A stretch of 64,000 nucleotides of DNA from Pseudohongiellaceae bacterium (lineage in GTDB: Bacteria > Pseudomonadota > Gammaproteobacteria > Pseudomonadales > Pseudohongiellaceae), in the NCBI GenBank assembly GCA_047617605.1, contig JBLGBJ010000008.1, positions 17,866 to 81,865 on the forward strand, in the 5' to 3' direction. Below are positions 28,241 to 37,434 of this stretch, in pieces. A model generated the notes under the pieces. That model was not told the DNA's origin, did not search any database, and saw only the letters and a program-made list of their open reading frames with translations. Every line of letters begins with the position of its first letter. Positions within the stretch are counted from its first letter, which is position 1. The translations under genes and the position numbers were made by a program.

Positions 28241-29779
28241 TTGTTGATCGAAGATAACAAACCACTAGTGGTTGTTAAAAATGCAAGCTGTAGGCTTGGC
28301 CGCGACAAGGTGCTGAGTATAGATGAATTTTCTATTAGTCCCGGTGAGCAGTGGTGCATCTATGGCGGCAATGGTGCTGGGAAATCGATACTGGCAGAGC
28401 TGATCGCTGGGCGTCGCCGTGAGTCTTCAAGCTATGTTCACTACCCGCGTTATTTGGATCCTATCTCAGATATTCATATAGTGTCATTTGAAGAGCAGCA
28501 GCGTTTATGGCAGGTAGATAACCGATTGGATATGAGTGAATTTAGCGACAGGGCAGAGGATAAAGGCACGACGGTGGCGATGCTTATTCATTCGGCGCGA
28601 GTGGCAAACTACGCTGATGAGGGTTTGTTTCAGAGCTTAGTAGATACACTAAATTTAGTGCCATTTCTCGATCAAGGTATTCGTTTTTTATCATCAGGGC
28701 AGGTTCGAAAAGCGCTTGTCGCTAGAGCTCTCTATGCTTTTAGAGACGGTTTTGAGCAGCTAATTATTCTGGATGATCCGTTAGAGACCGTGGACATCGC
28801 ATCAAAAAAGAAGATAGAAGGCTGTATTGAATCTATGACTAGCACGCACAATTGTATTTTACAGCTGTGCCGCCGTGAGCAGGATATTTTATCTGGATGT
28901 ACACATCTGGCAATAATGGAATCGCTGAGCATAGTGGCACAAGGAGAATGCCCTGCTATTAAAGCAGGGGGCGAGTACGCCCGCGTAAGTGCTCGACCTA
29001 AACCAATATTCTTGCCAGCGGCGGCTGTGCTAACTGCCGCAGAAGGTGATCCGCAATTACCTTTAATTGAGCTAAATAATGTTGATGCAAGCTATGGTGA
29101 TAACCAGATATTACACAAATTTAGCTGGGCAATGATGCCGGGTGACCATGTCTTAATAGAGGGCCCCAATGGCTGCGGTAAGTCCACCTTGCTGAGTCTA
29201 ATCAACGGTGAAAACCATAAAGCATATGGTCAGGATGTTTCACTTTTTGGTGCGCGCAAAGGCAGTGGTGAAACCATTTGGGAGCTAAAGGCTAAGTTTG
29301 GCGTGGTTTCAAATGAGTTGCACAACAAATATCAAAAGGGGTGGCGGTTACTGGACGTTGTTGTCTCTGGGTTCTTCGACTCTGTTGGCTTGTACGATGA
29401 TAGCGGCGCTCAGCAGGTGGATGAGGCAAAGCGCTGGTTATCCTTGGTTGGTCTAGAAAGTCACGAGGGTCGCTATTATCACGAGCTGTCTTTTGGTCAG
29501 CAACGTTTGGCACTGCTGGCCCGCGCGGTGGTTAAGGGGCCTCGGATTCTTGTACTGGATGAGCCCTGCGTGGGGCTTGACGACTATCACCGCATCCACA
29601 TCCTGCAGTTACTAGATGAAATTGCAAGGGTAACAACCGCGCAGCTAATTTATGTCAGCCATGTAGCTGCAGAAAGACCCCTGTGTCTGAATAGGTCTCT
29701 GAGTTTTGTGTTAAATCGAGTTGGGGCTTATGAGATTGAGCCAGGCTTAATTAGCCCTGCCTCTGCCCCCCTCTCTTAG
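28241..29779 (+). CDS. modF: tandem-ABC ATPase, ModF-like
   Basis: 512 aa with two ABC ATPase domains (Walker A GGNGAGKS and GPNGCGKS; signatures LSSGQ and LSFGQ). No membrane domain and no adjacent permease, as in E. coli ModF. TTG start. Confidence 0.7.
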   Translation: MLIEDNKPLVVVKNASCRLGRDKVLSIDEFSISPGEQWCIYGGNGAGKSILAELIAGRRRESSSYVHYPRYLDPISDIHIVSFEEQQRLWQVDNRLDMSEFSDRAEDKGTTVAMLIHSARVANYADEGLFQSLVDTLNLVPFLDQGIRFLSSGQVRKALVARALYAFRDGFEQLIILDDPLETVDIASKKKIEGCIESMTSTHNCILQLCRREQDILSGCTHLAIMESLSIVAQGECPAIKAGGEYARVSARPKPIFLPAAAVLTAAEGDPQLPLIELNNVDASYGDNQILHKFSWAMMPGDHVLIEGPNGCGKSTLLSLINGENHKAYGQDVSLFGARKGSGETIWELKAKFGVVSNELHNKYQKGWRLLDVVVSGFFDSVGLYDDSGAQQVDEAKRWLSLVGLESHEGRYYHELSFGQQRLALLARAVVKGPRILVLDEPCVGLDDYHRIHILQLLDEIARVTTAQLIYVSHVAAERPLCLNRSLSFVLNRVGAYEIEPGLISPASAPLS

Positions 29780-30348
29780 TTCGATCTCTTTAGTGCGATG
29801 TTCGCATAGCCAACGTTGTTAAGGTAAAAACCATAGCTGTCATTTACGAATAGGTTTAGATTGCCGTCGCAGCTTGCAGTGAAACTGTAATTTCCAGAAG
29901 CATCGTCATAACTTAACTCGCTCACACCGACAAGACTTTGTCTGCTGCAACTCGGTTGCTCGAGCATTAATTCAAACCACTGATTGTCTCGAGAGCGTCT
30001 GCTTAGGCCAACGAATTCAAGGGGCATCAAAGTGTTGCTAAAGCCAAGTTCGTTTAATGCTCCACCGTCTTCATTTATGGCAACAGAGCTATCCGTCCAA
30101 TTGCTCAAAATAGTCACCCCGACTGTGTAATCCGCACCTGCTTCTAGGCGTATGCCGGTGTCGTGATTCATCTCCTTGGTAAAGAAATGGACGGTGCTTA
30201 CGTCTCCGGTACTTAACAGCGTGCCAGTGTCATTGTTTTGAAAAATGGAAACGCTAGGGAGAGAACAACTGGCTAATGTGATTAGGCTTGCGAAGCCTAG
30301 CAGACTGTTCTTAGCGTCCTTGGCTGTGAATTGCCTAATAAATTGCAT
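29776..30348 (-). CDS. lipoprotein of unknown function with PA-IL/LecA-like C-terminal signature
   Basis: I prefer the ATG at 30348, which has AAGGAG 7 nt upstream (the track ORF extends to 30387). Lipobox LASCS. The C-terminal LFVNDSYGFYLNNVGYANIAL resembles [21 protein letters not shown] of P. aeruginosa LecA. Confidence 0.55.
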   Translation of the reverse strand: MQFIRQFTAKDAKNSLLGFASLITLASCSLPSVSIFQNNDTGTLLSTGDVSTVHFFTKEMNHDTGIRLEAGADYTVGVTILSNWTDSSVAINEDGGALNELGFSNTLMPLEFVGLSRRSRDNQWFELMLEQPSCSRQSLVGVSELSYDDASGNYSFTASCDGNLNLFVNDSYGFYLNNVGYANIALKRSN

Positions 30349-30516
30349 AGTGCACTCCTTGGATGTGCTAGAGGCTTTAACTGACACGCGAGCTTAGCCG
30401 TGGAAGGTAAAAGGTAAAAGACAAGAGTTTACCTCTGTCCAGTCTTGTCTTCAATTGAATGCTGCAGTGGCTAGCCTATGGAATTGAGGCTTAGAGATTC
30501 AGCTCAAAAAAGGAGA

Positions 30517-30526
30517 GGGGGGGGGG
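30517..30526. repeat. G10 homopolymer tract
   Basis: Ten consecutive G residues in the 460-bp divergent intergenic region between the lipoprotein gene and the hybrid kinase gene. Confidence 0.95.
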
Positions 30527-30807
30527 CTAATTTCTTCAGGTTGATGCCTTTGGCGGTATTGACTATTAGGATCTGTATTCCCAGCTCTCCTGCAAAAACA
30601 AAAGTTAGAGACGTCTGTCGACCCAAACCCGCCCCCAATACCTCGGCTCGGAGATCTAGGCTCTTCCATCTATCCCCTGACATTGAGGGCATAGCGTGTA
30701 GATCGCTAAAATGCTTATGTTCGATTTCATAGGCCCCTAATCGCTTTGGCATAAACCTCATATCCGGACTATGCTTACATCGCGCACGTTGAAATGAAAC
30801 CTAGCTA

Positions 30808-32982
30808 ATGACCGTTAAGAAAGCTCCTTATGAATTCCTCACTTCTCCAGAAGACAGGCTGCCTGAGATAAACCTCAATTGGCTTACATTGGTCTTTGAA
30901 GGTGAAAACGCCCATCTTGAGCAAGATTATTTAGACAATCATGCGATTGGTGTTCTGCAAATACAGCGAGTTGGCATATTTGTAGGTGCGTTGATGATAT
31001 CAACATTCGGTGTCATGGACTTTTTAGTTTTGGAGGGGGCTCTAGATACGGTCCTCGCTGTTAGATACGGTGTTCTGGTTCCAGCCACATTGCTATTTCT
31101 AGTCTATACCTTCTCTTCCCATTTTACGCGACATGTACAAGGCGCGGTCACCTGCATGGTGACGTTTATGGGGTTTGGATTGTCGGCTATTATCTTGATG
31201 GCACCAGTGGATACTTCACCTTTGTACTTTGCCGGCAATATGCTGGCTATCTTCTTTGCTTATACTTTTTTAGGTCTACGATTCGTTTGGGCCAATTTAG
31301 CTGGGTGGTCCATTTTTATTGCCTTTATAGGTGCAGATTATTTGTTGGGTAAAACTGCATTTGAAGAACAATTCATGCGCGCTAACTTAGCTTTGTCGAC
31401 CTGCTTTCTGGGCATGGTTGTGGCATATAGCTCCGAATTTTTTTCGCGCCGTGATTTTTACTTAAGAAACGTGCTTGAGCTAAGACGAGTTGAATTAGAG
31501 AGAAATCGGAGTGATTTAGAGGCGCGGGTTCATGAGCGAACCGGGCAAGCTTTGGCGGCCGCTAAGGCAAAGACAGATTTTCTAGCTAATATGAGTCATG
31601 AAATTCGCACTCCGATGAATGGGGTGCTTGGCATGCTGGAATTGGTCCAAAGTTCCGAACTATCAGAAGATCAGAAAGAGAAGATAGACACTGCATTCAA
31701 TTCCGCTGAAGGCCTATTGGATATTATAAACGGCGTTTTGGATCTTTCAAAAATTGAAGCGGGTAAAATGCAGATTAAAAACGCAGCTGTGTCTCCTGCC
31801 CTAGTGATAGAAGATGTAGTTAGCCTTTTGGCTCCGCAGTTTCGAGCGAAAAATATAAAACTGATAAATGAGTTATCTCCGGAATCCTACGATTTTTACT
31901 TGATGGATAGCACGCGCTTACGGCAGGTCATTCTTAATTTGGTCGGTAATGCTTTAAAGTTTACCGATCAAGGAATGGTTAAGATTAGCTGTCAGGCAGT
32001 GGGGCAGATGTTGACCATCGAAATCAATGACACGGGCATTGGTATTCTGGATGAGCAGCGAAAGCATTTATTCGATGCCTTTAGTCAAGCTGATAATTCT
32101 TCGGCAAGAGAATTTGGTGGCACTGGTCTTGGGCTCAGTATCTCTAAACAGCTGACTGAGTTAATGGGAGGATTAATTACTGTCGAAAGCAAGTTCTCCG
32201 TCGGTTCACAGTTTAGCTTGAAATTTGAGGTGGAGCCGTGTGTCGTTAAGAACGAGTCTATTAACTATCCAAATTTATTTAAAAACGTTTTCTTTGTGGT
32301 TGAGTCCGAGCAATACAGTCGATCGGTTAGGTTAATGTTAAAACGGCTGGGTTGCACGATTAGCCGGTTAGACGATGCAGAGGTCGTTGTTTCAGACATG
32401 GAGTCAATAGATTGCGGCGCTCTTCCCGTAGTTTTTTTAGGCGACCCCACTGAACCAGCTATAAACAAAACGCAAGGTGCTGTTATACAAAACTTAAGTA
32501 TTCAAAGCTTAAGCTTTCCATTCACCTTGAGCGCTCTAGCCTCTATGCTCAGGAATAGCGACTATAAGCCTGATATAGATGAGCTTCAGAATTCAGAGAA
32601 GAGGTTCTTCAAAAGGCGGGTTCTGCTTGTTGAAGATAATGTGATTAACCAAAAAGTTGCGTGCTCGATGTTGGAACGGCTCGGGGTTAATGCTGATGTC
32701 GCCATGAACGGGCAAGAGGCTATTGAAAAATTTGGCTTAGAGAATTACGACCTGATCTTTATGGATTGTCAGATGCCGGGCATGGACGGGTTTGAAACAA
32801 CTGTTGCTATTCGGGCACAAGAACAAGAGAGGAACTTAAGCAAAATAGTGATAGTTGCGTTGACAGCCAATGCTATGGAAGGGGATAAAAAGCGGTGTTT
32901 GGATTCTGGCATGGACGACTATATGTCTAAACCCATCAGTCTGCCCGGATTAACTCAAGTTCTGGATCGCTGGAGCTTCTGA
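30808..32982 (+). CDS. hybrid sensor histidine kinase/response regulator
   Basis: 724 aa. Multi-TM N-terminus, HisKA (MSHEIRTPMNG), HATPase_c (GGTGLGLSIS), and a C-terminal receiver domain (DLIFMDCQMPGMDG). Confidence 0.9.
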   Translation: MTVKKAPYEFLTSPEDRLPEINLNWLTLVFEGENAHLEQDYLDNHAIGVLQIQRVGIFVGALMISTFGVMDFLVLEGALDTVLAVRYGVLVPATLLFLVYTFSSHFTRHVQGAVTCMVTFMGFGLSAIILMAPVDTSPLYFAGNMLAIFFAYTFLGLRFVWANLAGWSIFIAFIGADYLLGKTAFEEQFMRANLALSTCFLGMVVAYSSEFFSRRDFYLRNVLELRRVELERNRSDLEARVHERTGQALAAAKAKTDFLANMSHEIRTPMNGVLGMLELVQSSELSEDQKEKIDTAFNSAEGLLDIINGVLDLSKIEAGKMQIKNAAVSPALVIEDVVSLLAPQFRAKNIKLINELSPESYDFYLMDSTRLRQVILNLVGNALKFTDQGMVKISCQAVGQMLTIEINDTGIGILDEQRKHLFDAFSQADNSSAREFGGTGLGLSISKQLTELMGGLITVESKFSVGSQFSLKFEVEPCVVKNESINYPNLFKNVFFVVESEQYSRSVRLMLKRLGCTISRLDDAEVVVSDMESIDCGALPVVFLGDPTEPAINKTQGAVIQNLSIQSLSFPFTLSALASMLRNSDYKPDIDELQNSEKRFFKRRVLLVEDNVINQKVACSMLERLGVNADVAMNGQEAIEKFGLENYDLIFMDCQMPGMDGFETTVAIRAQEQERNLSKIVIVALTANAMEGDKKRCLDSGMDDYMSKPISLPGLTQVLDRWSF

Positions 32983-33149
32983 GAGGACCAAAACAGCTGT
33001 TAATTGGATGCCCTGAGCTTTCAGTTAGATCTAATAAAACTTTTAATTTTTAACAAAATCACAGACAATAAAGTACTCGACAATTATGCAGTGAGATTTG
33101 GTGTTTTGCTCTCGCGAGACACTCTTGTGCTAACCACGCTGCAGGGTCC

Positions 33150-33180
33150 TTTAGCCTTCGTTTAGCCTTCCTTTAGCCTC
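33150..33180. repeat. short tandem repeat, about 11 nt x3
   Basis: TTTAGCCTTCG TTTAGCCTTCC TTTAGCCTC in a gene-free gap. Confidence 0.6.
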
Positions 33181-33354
33181 TTATAGAATGCTAAGGTTTT
33201 TAATTAGAGCGTTTTGAAACCCGTATTAGACACATAGACCGTCGCCTTGAAAATGTAATATAAATTGCTTGGCGCTGCTCTTCGCTAGAAAAAAGGATGA
33301 ATTTCAATCAAGCTTTTAGCTATTCATAGACAGGCCTCAAAAATACTTAAGTGG

Positions 33355-33561
33355 GTGGCGATTCCCATAGGTGTGCTTGTCTTCATCGCCCTTATACTGT
33401 TATTCACAGATGTTCTCAAAGCAGATTTATCCTGGGACGACGGCACTAGGTTAAATCCAGTGTTCGCTCTTTTTTTATTGGGCGCTGGAATTCTAGCGAG
33501 CACGTATACCTTTATTTTTGTGTTTATAGCTGCAGTGAAATTGATTCTAAGAGCACCGTAA
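33355..33561 (+). CDS. possible small two-TM membrane protein
   Basis: 68 aa ORF with a GTG start and two hydrophobic helices (IPIGVLVFIALILLF, VFALFLLGAGILASTYTFIFVFIAAV). No clear SD and no motif. Confidence 0.3.
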   Translation: MAIPIGVLVFIALILLFTDVLKADLSWDDGTRLNPVFALFLLGAGILASTYTFIFVFIAAVKLILRAP

Positions 33562-33767
33562 AGGTGCGCAAAGGGCAGTAAAGTTTCCTGCAGAAGTGCA
33601 AAGGGGCGTAATGACGAATGCCTGAATCTGCTTAAATTATAAAACGGTCAGTTAAAATTTAGGATAGTTCTTTTATTGACCAAGTTGTGTCAGAATTCTG
33701 AACGTGCCGCCGTTTAAGCGTGGCTAATAAAAATAGAGCGGCGTTCTGTCGACAAGGAATCTGAGAA

Positions 33768-34166
33768 TTGAGCGGTGAAGTACACTTAGAAAAACTGCTG
33801 GCTTTTTTGCAGCCGAAGTTGCTGGCAGACGAGTTTGTTTTTTGTTCTAGCGAAACAATGAGTTTAGCCGAGGCTTTAGAGTTGGAGCCAGTTGCCACCT
33901 ATCGAGAAGAAGAAGGGCTTAGTCTCGTCTTAACTAAAAGAGCCGCTATGCAAGCGGGTTTCGATTTTTCCCTGGTCTTTAAATGTATCACCCTTACAGT
34001 CCATTCCAGTCTTGATTCTGTCGGACTAACTGCTGCGGTTGCCAATCGCTTATCAAATAATAGTATCAGTGCCAATGTAGTGGCGGCATATTATCATGAT
34101 CATGTTTTTGTCCCATTATCCAAAGCTGAACAAGCCCTTCAGTTACTCACTGATTTTCAGAACTAA
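33768..34166 (+). CDS. ACT-domain-like small protein (DUF2241/ACT_7-like)
   Basis: 132 aa with a TTG start. The pattern L..LL..L.P.L...EFVFCS ... VAAYYHDHVFVP resembles small ACT-domain proteins. Recalled from memory, not verified. Confidence 0.55.
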   Translation: MSGEVHLEKLLAFLQPKLLADEFVFCSSETMSLAEALELEPVATYREEEGLSLVLTKRAAMQAGFDFSLVFKCITLTVHSSLDSVGLTAAVANRLSNNSISANVVAAYYHDHVFVPLSKAEQALQLLTDFQN

Positions 34167-34381
34167 TTACTGCCTATCTTTGCCTAGCTTATTTTCATAG
34201 TCTAGGAGCAAGCGGTGCTGAATCTATTGATAGCTGACTTTATTTAATTCGGCTTTGATACCCGCGATCTTGGCAGTGTCTTAGGTGACTATGTGGCACA
34301 TGCTCAAGGCGTGGGAATCATAGCAAAGGGTCTGTTATGATTGTGCATATTTTGGTTATAGCTGGCTTCATAGGAAGTTGA

Positions 34382-34441
34382 CCTAACCTAAACCCTAAAC
34401 CCTAAACCCTAAACCCTAAACCCTAAACCCTAAACCCTAAA
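34382..34441. repeat. heptanucleotide microsatellite (CCCTAAA)n
   Basis: Seven perfect CCCTAAA units (34393-34441), preceded by degenerate CCTAA and CCTAAA units. It starts inside a TTGACC hexamer (34378-34383) and ends 9 nt before the GGAG SD of the gene at 34461. Confidence 0.95.
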
Positions 34442-34460
34442 TCACTTATAGGAGATATGC

Positions 34461-35039
34461 ATGAAGAAAACACTTTTGGGGCTAGCCTCTGTGGCGATGC
34501 TGATAAATACCGCTTGGGCGGTTGAAGATGTCGATCCCTCGCTGGAAGGAATAGTGAATTTTCTTCAGTATAGCGACAAATTTGCAAGTGCAGGCCAGCC
34601 TAGTGCAGAGCAGTTTGCTGCTATAGCTGAGCAGGGATTTGAAAGAATTGTCTATATAGCCTTTACCAATAACCAGAATGCTTTGCCAGATGCTGACCAG
34701 ATTGTAAAAGGTTTGGGTATGGAATATATGCACGTGCCTGTAACGTTTGATAATCCTCTCCCGGATGACTTTTATGCTTTTGCAGATTCTATGCAGCGAA
34801 ACACGGATAAGAAAACCTTGCTGCATTGCCAGGTGAACGCTAGGGCGACCGCGTTTAGCTTTTTATACAGAGTTATTCATGAGGACATATCGATCACAGA
34901 GGCTAAGGCAGATATGAATATCGTATGGCAGCCGAATGAAGTATGGCGAGACTTTATCTTTGACGTGCTAGCGCAAAATGATATTTCACCAGATTGCGAG
35001 GGCTGCGATTGGACGCCCCCGCCGCCAAGAGAGCAGTAG
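34461..35039 (+). CDS. secreted PTP-fold/DUF442-like phosphatase family protein (tentative)
   Basis: 192 aa with a signal peptide. The candidate catalytic loop HCQVNARAT (Cys...Arg) followed by AFSFLYR resembles DUF442/PTP-like proteins. The C-terminus CEGCDWTPPPP is unusual. Confidence 0.45.
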   Translation: MKKTLLGLASVAMLINTAWAVEDVDPSLEGIVNFLQYSDKFASAGQPSAEQFAAIAEQGFERIVYIAFTNNQNALPDADQIVKGLGMEYMHVPVTFDNPLPDDFYAFADSMQRNTDKKTLLHCQVNARATAFSFLYRVIHEDISITEAKADMNIVWQPNEVWRDFIFDVLAQNDISPDCEGCDWTPPPPREQ

Positions 35040-35150
35040 TTGGCTAATCAGTATTGTCAGCCTAAACGTCAAATGAGGTCGACCATTTGAGGCGCCTACC
35101 TAGTTCCGCAGTCGCCCAAGCTCAATACGGTGAGGCTAAAATCAGTTCGA

Positions 35151-35183
35151 AAAAAAGGCGAGTTCATTGAACTCGCCTTTTTT
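35151..35183. terminator. bidirectional Rho-independent terminator
   Basis: AAAAAAAGGCGAGTT-CATTG-AACTCGCCTTTTTT between convergent genes. Confidence 0.8.
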
Positions 35184-35206
35184 GTTTAGCTAAGGATAAT
35201 CAGTTC

Positions 35207-37042
35207 TTATTCAGAGCCGCCTTCCTCTACATTCTGCCAAGTATAGAAACCCATGAACATCTCTTCCCAGCTCTGCTCACCCCAAACGATCTCGCTGCTT
35301 GGGTCGGGGTTTGAAGGATTTTGAGACGAGTTGTCAAACGCGCCTGTAGCCACGATCTTGGTGCCCGCAGGAACTCTCAGAGGAGTTTCAAGCTCATGTG
35401 CTAGCTGCCAGTTAAATGAGTAGGCCGGCACTGAAAGAAGCATCTCTTCGCTACCGTCTGGATACTGAGCAACAAACTTCATGCGTTTACCGCGAAAATG
35501 CATATGTGGCATCAAGCTGCGAATTTCAGCTTCGTCCTTGACGTAGGTAACCAACTCCATCTCGTGATCTTTAGCTTGTGCAGGAATCGCAAGACTAAAA
35601 GCATTGCCGACTCCGCCTGACATTCTCTTCTCTGGAACCATGCCTTCTTCATAGAAGTAGATACCAATTTCAGTAGCGTCAGTCATTTCCTTGCCAGTTG
35701 TTGTGTAATGCATCTGCAAGTTCAGCTGTGTGCCTGCCTTGAGCAAGCCTCCTACACCTTCAGGATTCAGCTGCACGGCATTACCTGGTGCATAGCCGGT
35801 AACAGAGCCTTGGTCAGGGTCGCCGCCGCCAAGAAGAGTACTTATATCGATTTCAGGATTTTCTCGAAAAATCTTGTCGATGTCTGGGCGTCCACCACCA
35901 GCTACCGACGCAAACAGCTCAGCTCTTACAGCGGTAGCGCGGTCTTCAGGCAAGCTGTTAATAGCAGCGAACAGCGCTTCCTGTGGGTTGGCTGCGCCGC
36001 CTGGTGGGATTACTGTTGTAATAATGTGATGAAGAACCTCAGGAGAGCCGGGCGAGACTTCACTGCCTCGAATCCAGACGTCTTTTTCAAGGCCTAGGTC
36101 GATTGGAATATCCATATAGTCGACGACACCAGTGGCTGGGATAGTTTGCGCAGGCACTACAACAATCAGGTCAGGTTCGCCTAGCGCCCATTTGGTGTCA
36201 GGCCAAACAAGATTTGCTAAAGGGTCCAAGTCTCCCTCGACGACAGAGCCAGCATTCACCCAACGCACAAGTTTCTGCATTTCCTCGTCGCTAAGGTTCA
36301 TTTCATTTTTCATTTTGTGGCCAACTTTATTGTCGATTTGGCCAGGTGGCATGCGTTTTGTCATGACCACTTCGCGAATCATTGGTGACCAACCTTGTAC
36401 AGCCAAGTTGCTGTCCATTGCGAAGGGGGCTATTCCGCCTTCACGGTGACATTCGGCACAGTTCTCAGCAATGATTGGCGCGATGTCTTGAGCATAAGAA
36501 AGATTGGCATGCAGCTCGGCATTGATAAACTCAATCGCAGGACCAGAGGCAGCCACTTCTATAAAATCGTTGTTCTCGCCTTTCACCGCAGCCTGAATAC
36601 TTGTTTCAAGCTGATCGCCGGCAGGGCCACGATAAAGAAGTTCAAAATTGCTAGGGTTGTAGAGAACTACTTCGTCTATGTGTTGAATCCCAAGCATCTC
36701 GGTAACCAGCTGTGCATCATCCATTAGCACGGATGCATCTACGCCTTTGGAGGCTAAGACGCTGGACACGGCGTCCCGGTCTGATTCTAGGCCTGGGTTC
36801 ATCAAGAAAAACGCGACACCAAGATCTGCATAAGTAGCCTGCAAGGCGCTAAATTTACTTAAATCAGTAGTAGCAGTGAACGGCATAATGACAGCAGCAC
36901 TATGATCGTCGTACCAAGCCATGTGCTGAAACGCGCCTTTGTGGTCAATAAGTGCGAAGTCACCGACGCGCTCACCGGCTTGCACTGACAAGGCCGATGC
37001 TGCGATTGCAATCGATAAGACTAATCGTAGAGTTGATTTCAC
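35207..37042 (-). CDS. secreted multidomain redox protein: thioredoxin/AhpC-like fold, CXXCH haem motif, and PHM/DBH-like copper monooxygenase domain
   Basis: 611 aa. GTG start with a GAGGA SD, and a signal peptide. The N-terminal redoxin-like region has no CxxC. IAPIIAENCAECHREGGIAPF is a c-type haem site. His clusters VLHHIITT and PHMHFRGK, with downstream Met residues, resemble the copper sites of type II ascorbate-dependent monooxygenases. Confidence 0.65.
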   Translation of the reverse strand: MKSTLRLVLSIAIAASALSVQAGERVGDFALIDHKGAFQHMAWYDDHSAAVIMPFTATTDLSKFSALQATYADLGVAFFLMNPGLESDRDAVSSVLASKGVDASVLMDDAQLVTEMLGIQHIDEVVLYNPSNFELLYRGPAGDQLETSIQAAVKGENNDFIEVAASGPAIEFINAELHANLSYAQDIAPIIAENCAECHREGGIAPFAMDSNLAVQGWSPMIREVVMTKRMPPGQIDNKVGHKMKNEMNLSDEEMQKLVRWVNAGSVVEGDLDPLANLVWPDTKWALGEPDLIVVVPAQTIPATGVVDYMDIPIDLGLEKDVWIRGSEVSPGSPEVLHHIITTVIPPGGAANPQEALFAAINSLPEDRATAVRAELFASVAGGGRPDIDKIFRENPEIDISTLLGGGDPDQGSVTGYAPGNAVQLNPEGVGGLLKAGTQLNLQMHYTTTGKEMTDATEIGIYFYEEGMVPEKRMSGGVGNAFSLAIPAQAKDHEMELVTYVKDEAEIRSLMPHMHFRGKRMKFVAQYPDGSEEMLLSVPAYSFNWQLAHELETPLRVPAGTKIVATGAFDNSSQNPSNPDPSSEIVWGEQSWEEMFMGFYTWQNVEEGGSE

Positions 37043-37434
37043 AAGATGTTCCTCTAAGTAATTTGTTATTTAAGTCATCTTTAAGTGTACTCAGTTTTTC
37101 CAAGAAATCAGCCCTTTTTTAGTCAAATTGTTACAAACCTACCCAATGCCTCTGTAGGGCAGTCATAGCAGGGGCTTTAGGAACCTAGGGAAAGAGATTT
37201 GAATACTTAGGCAATGCCGCGGAGAGTAAGTGTTACCGCTGGTGGTAACAGACGTTTCGTGGTTTAGTTACTAAAAATTGAAAGCATGAACTTTTGGCCT
37301 AAGTCGTAACCAAAGGTAACGATTTATCGTGATGGCAGGATTGGCAGTTAGATAACAATCTCGATGTGAGTCTGAAGCCTTCCTATGGTAGCTTTACAGT
37401 GTGCTGATTTTGGCCTTCTGAGCATGAGGATGCT

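Noticed and set aside
30478-30761. Overlapping ORFs 30478-30732 (+) and 30504-30761 (-) spanning the G10 tract, which could be phase-variable coding sequences
   Set aside because: Neither has a ribosome-binding site or a recognisable domain, and they are mutually exclusive. The poly-G simply yields Gly or Pro runs. Coding status is unsupported.
34382-34441. Interpretation of the (CCCTAAA)n array as eukaryotic (plant telomere) contamination or a chimeric assembly
   Set aside because: The array is only about 60 nt long. It is embedded between bacterial coding sequences, and an SD and signal-peptide gene start 20 nt downstream. I treat it as a bacterial microsatellite.
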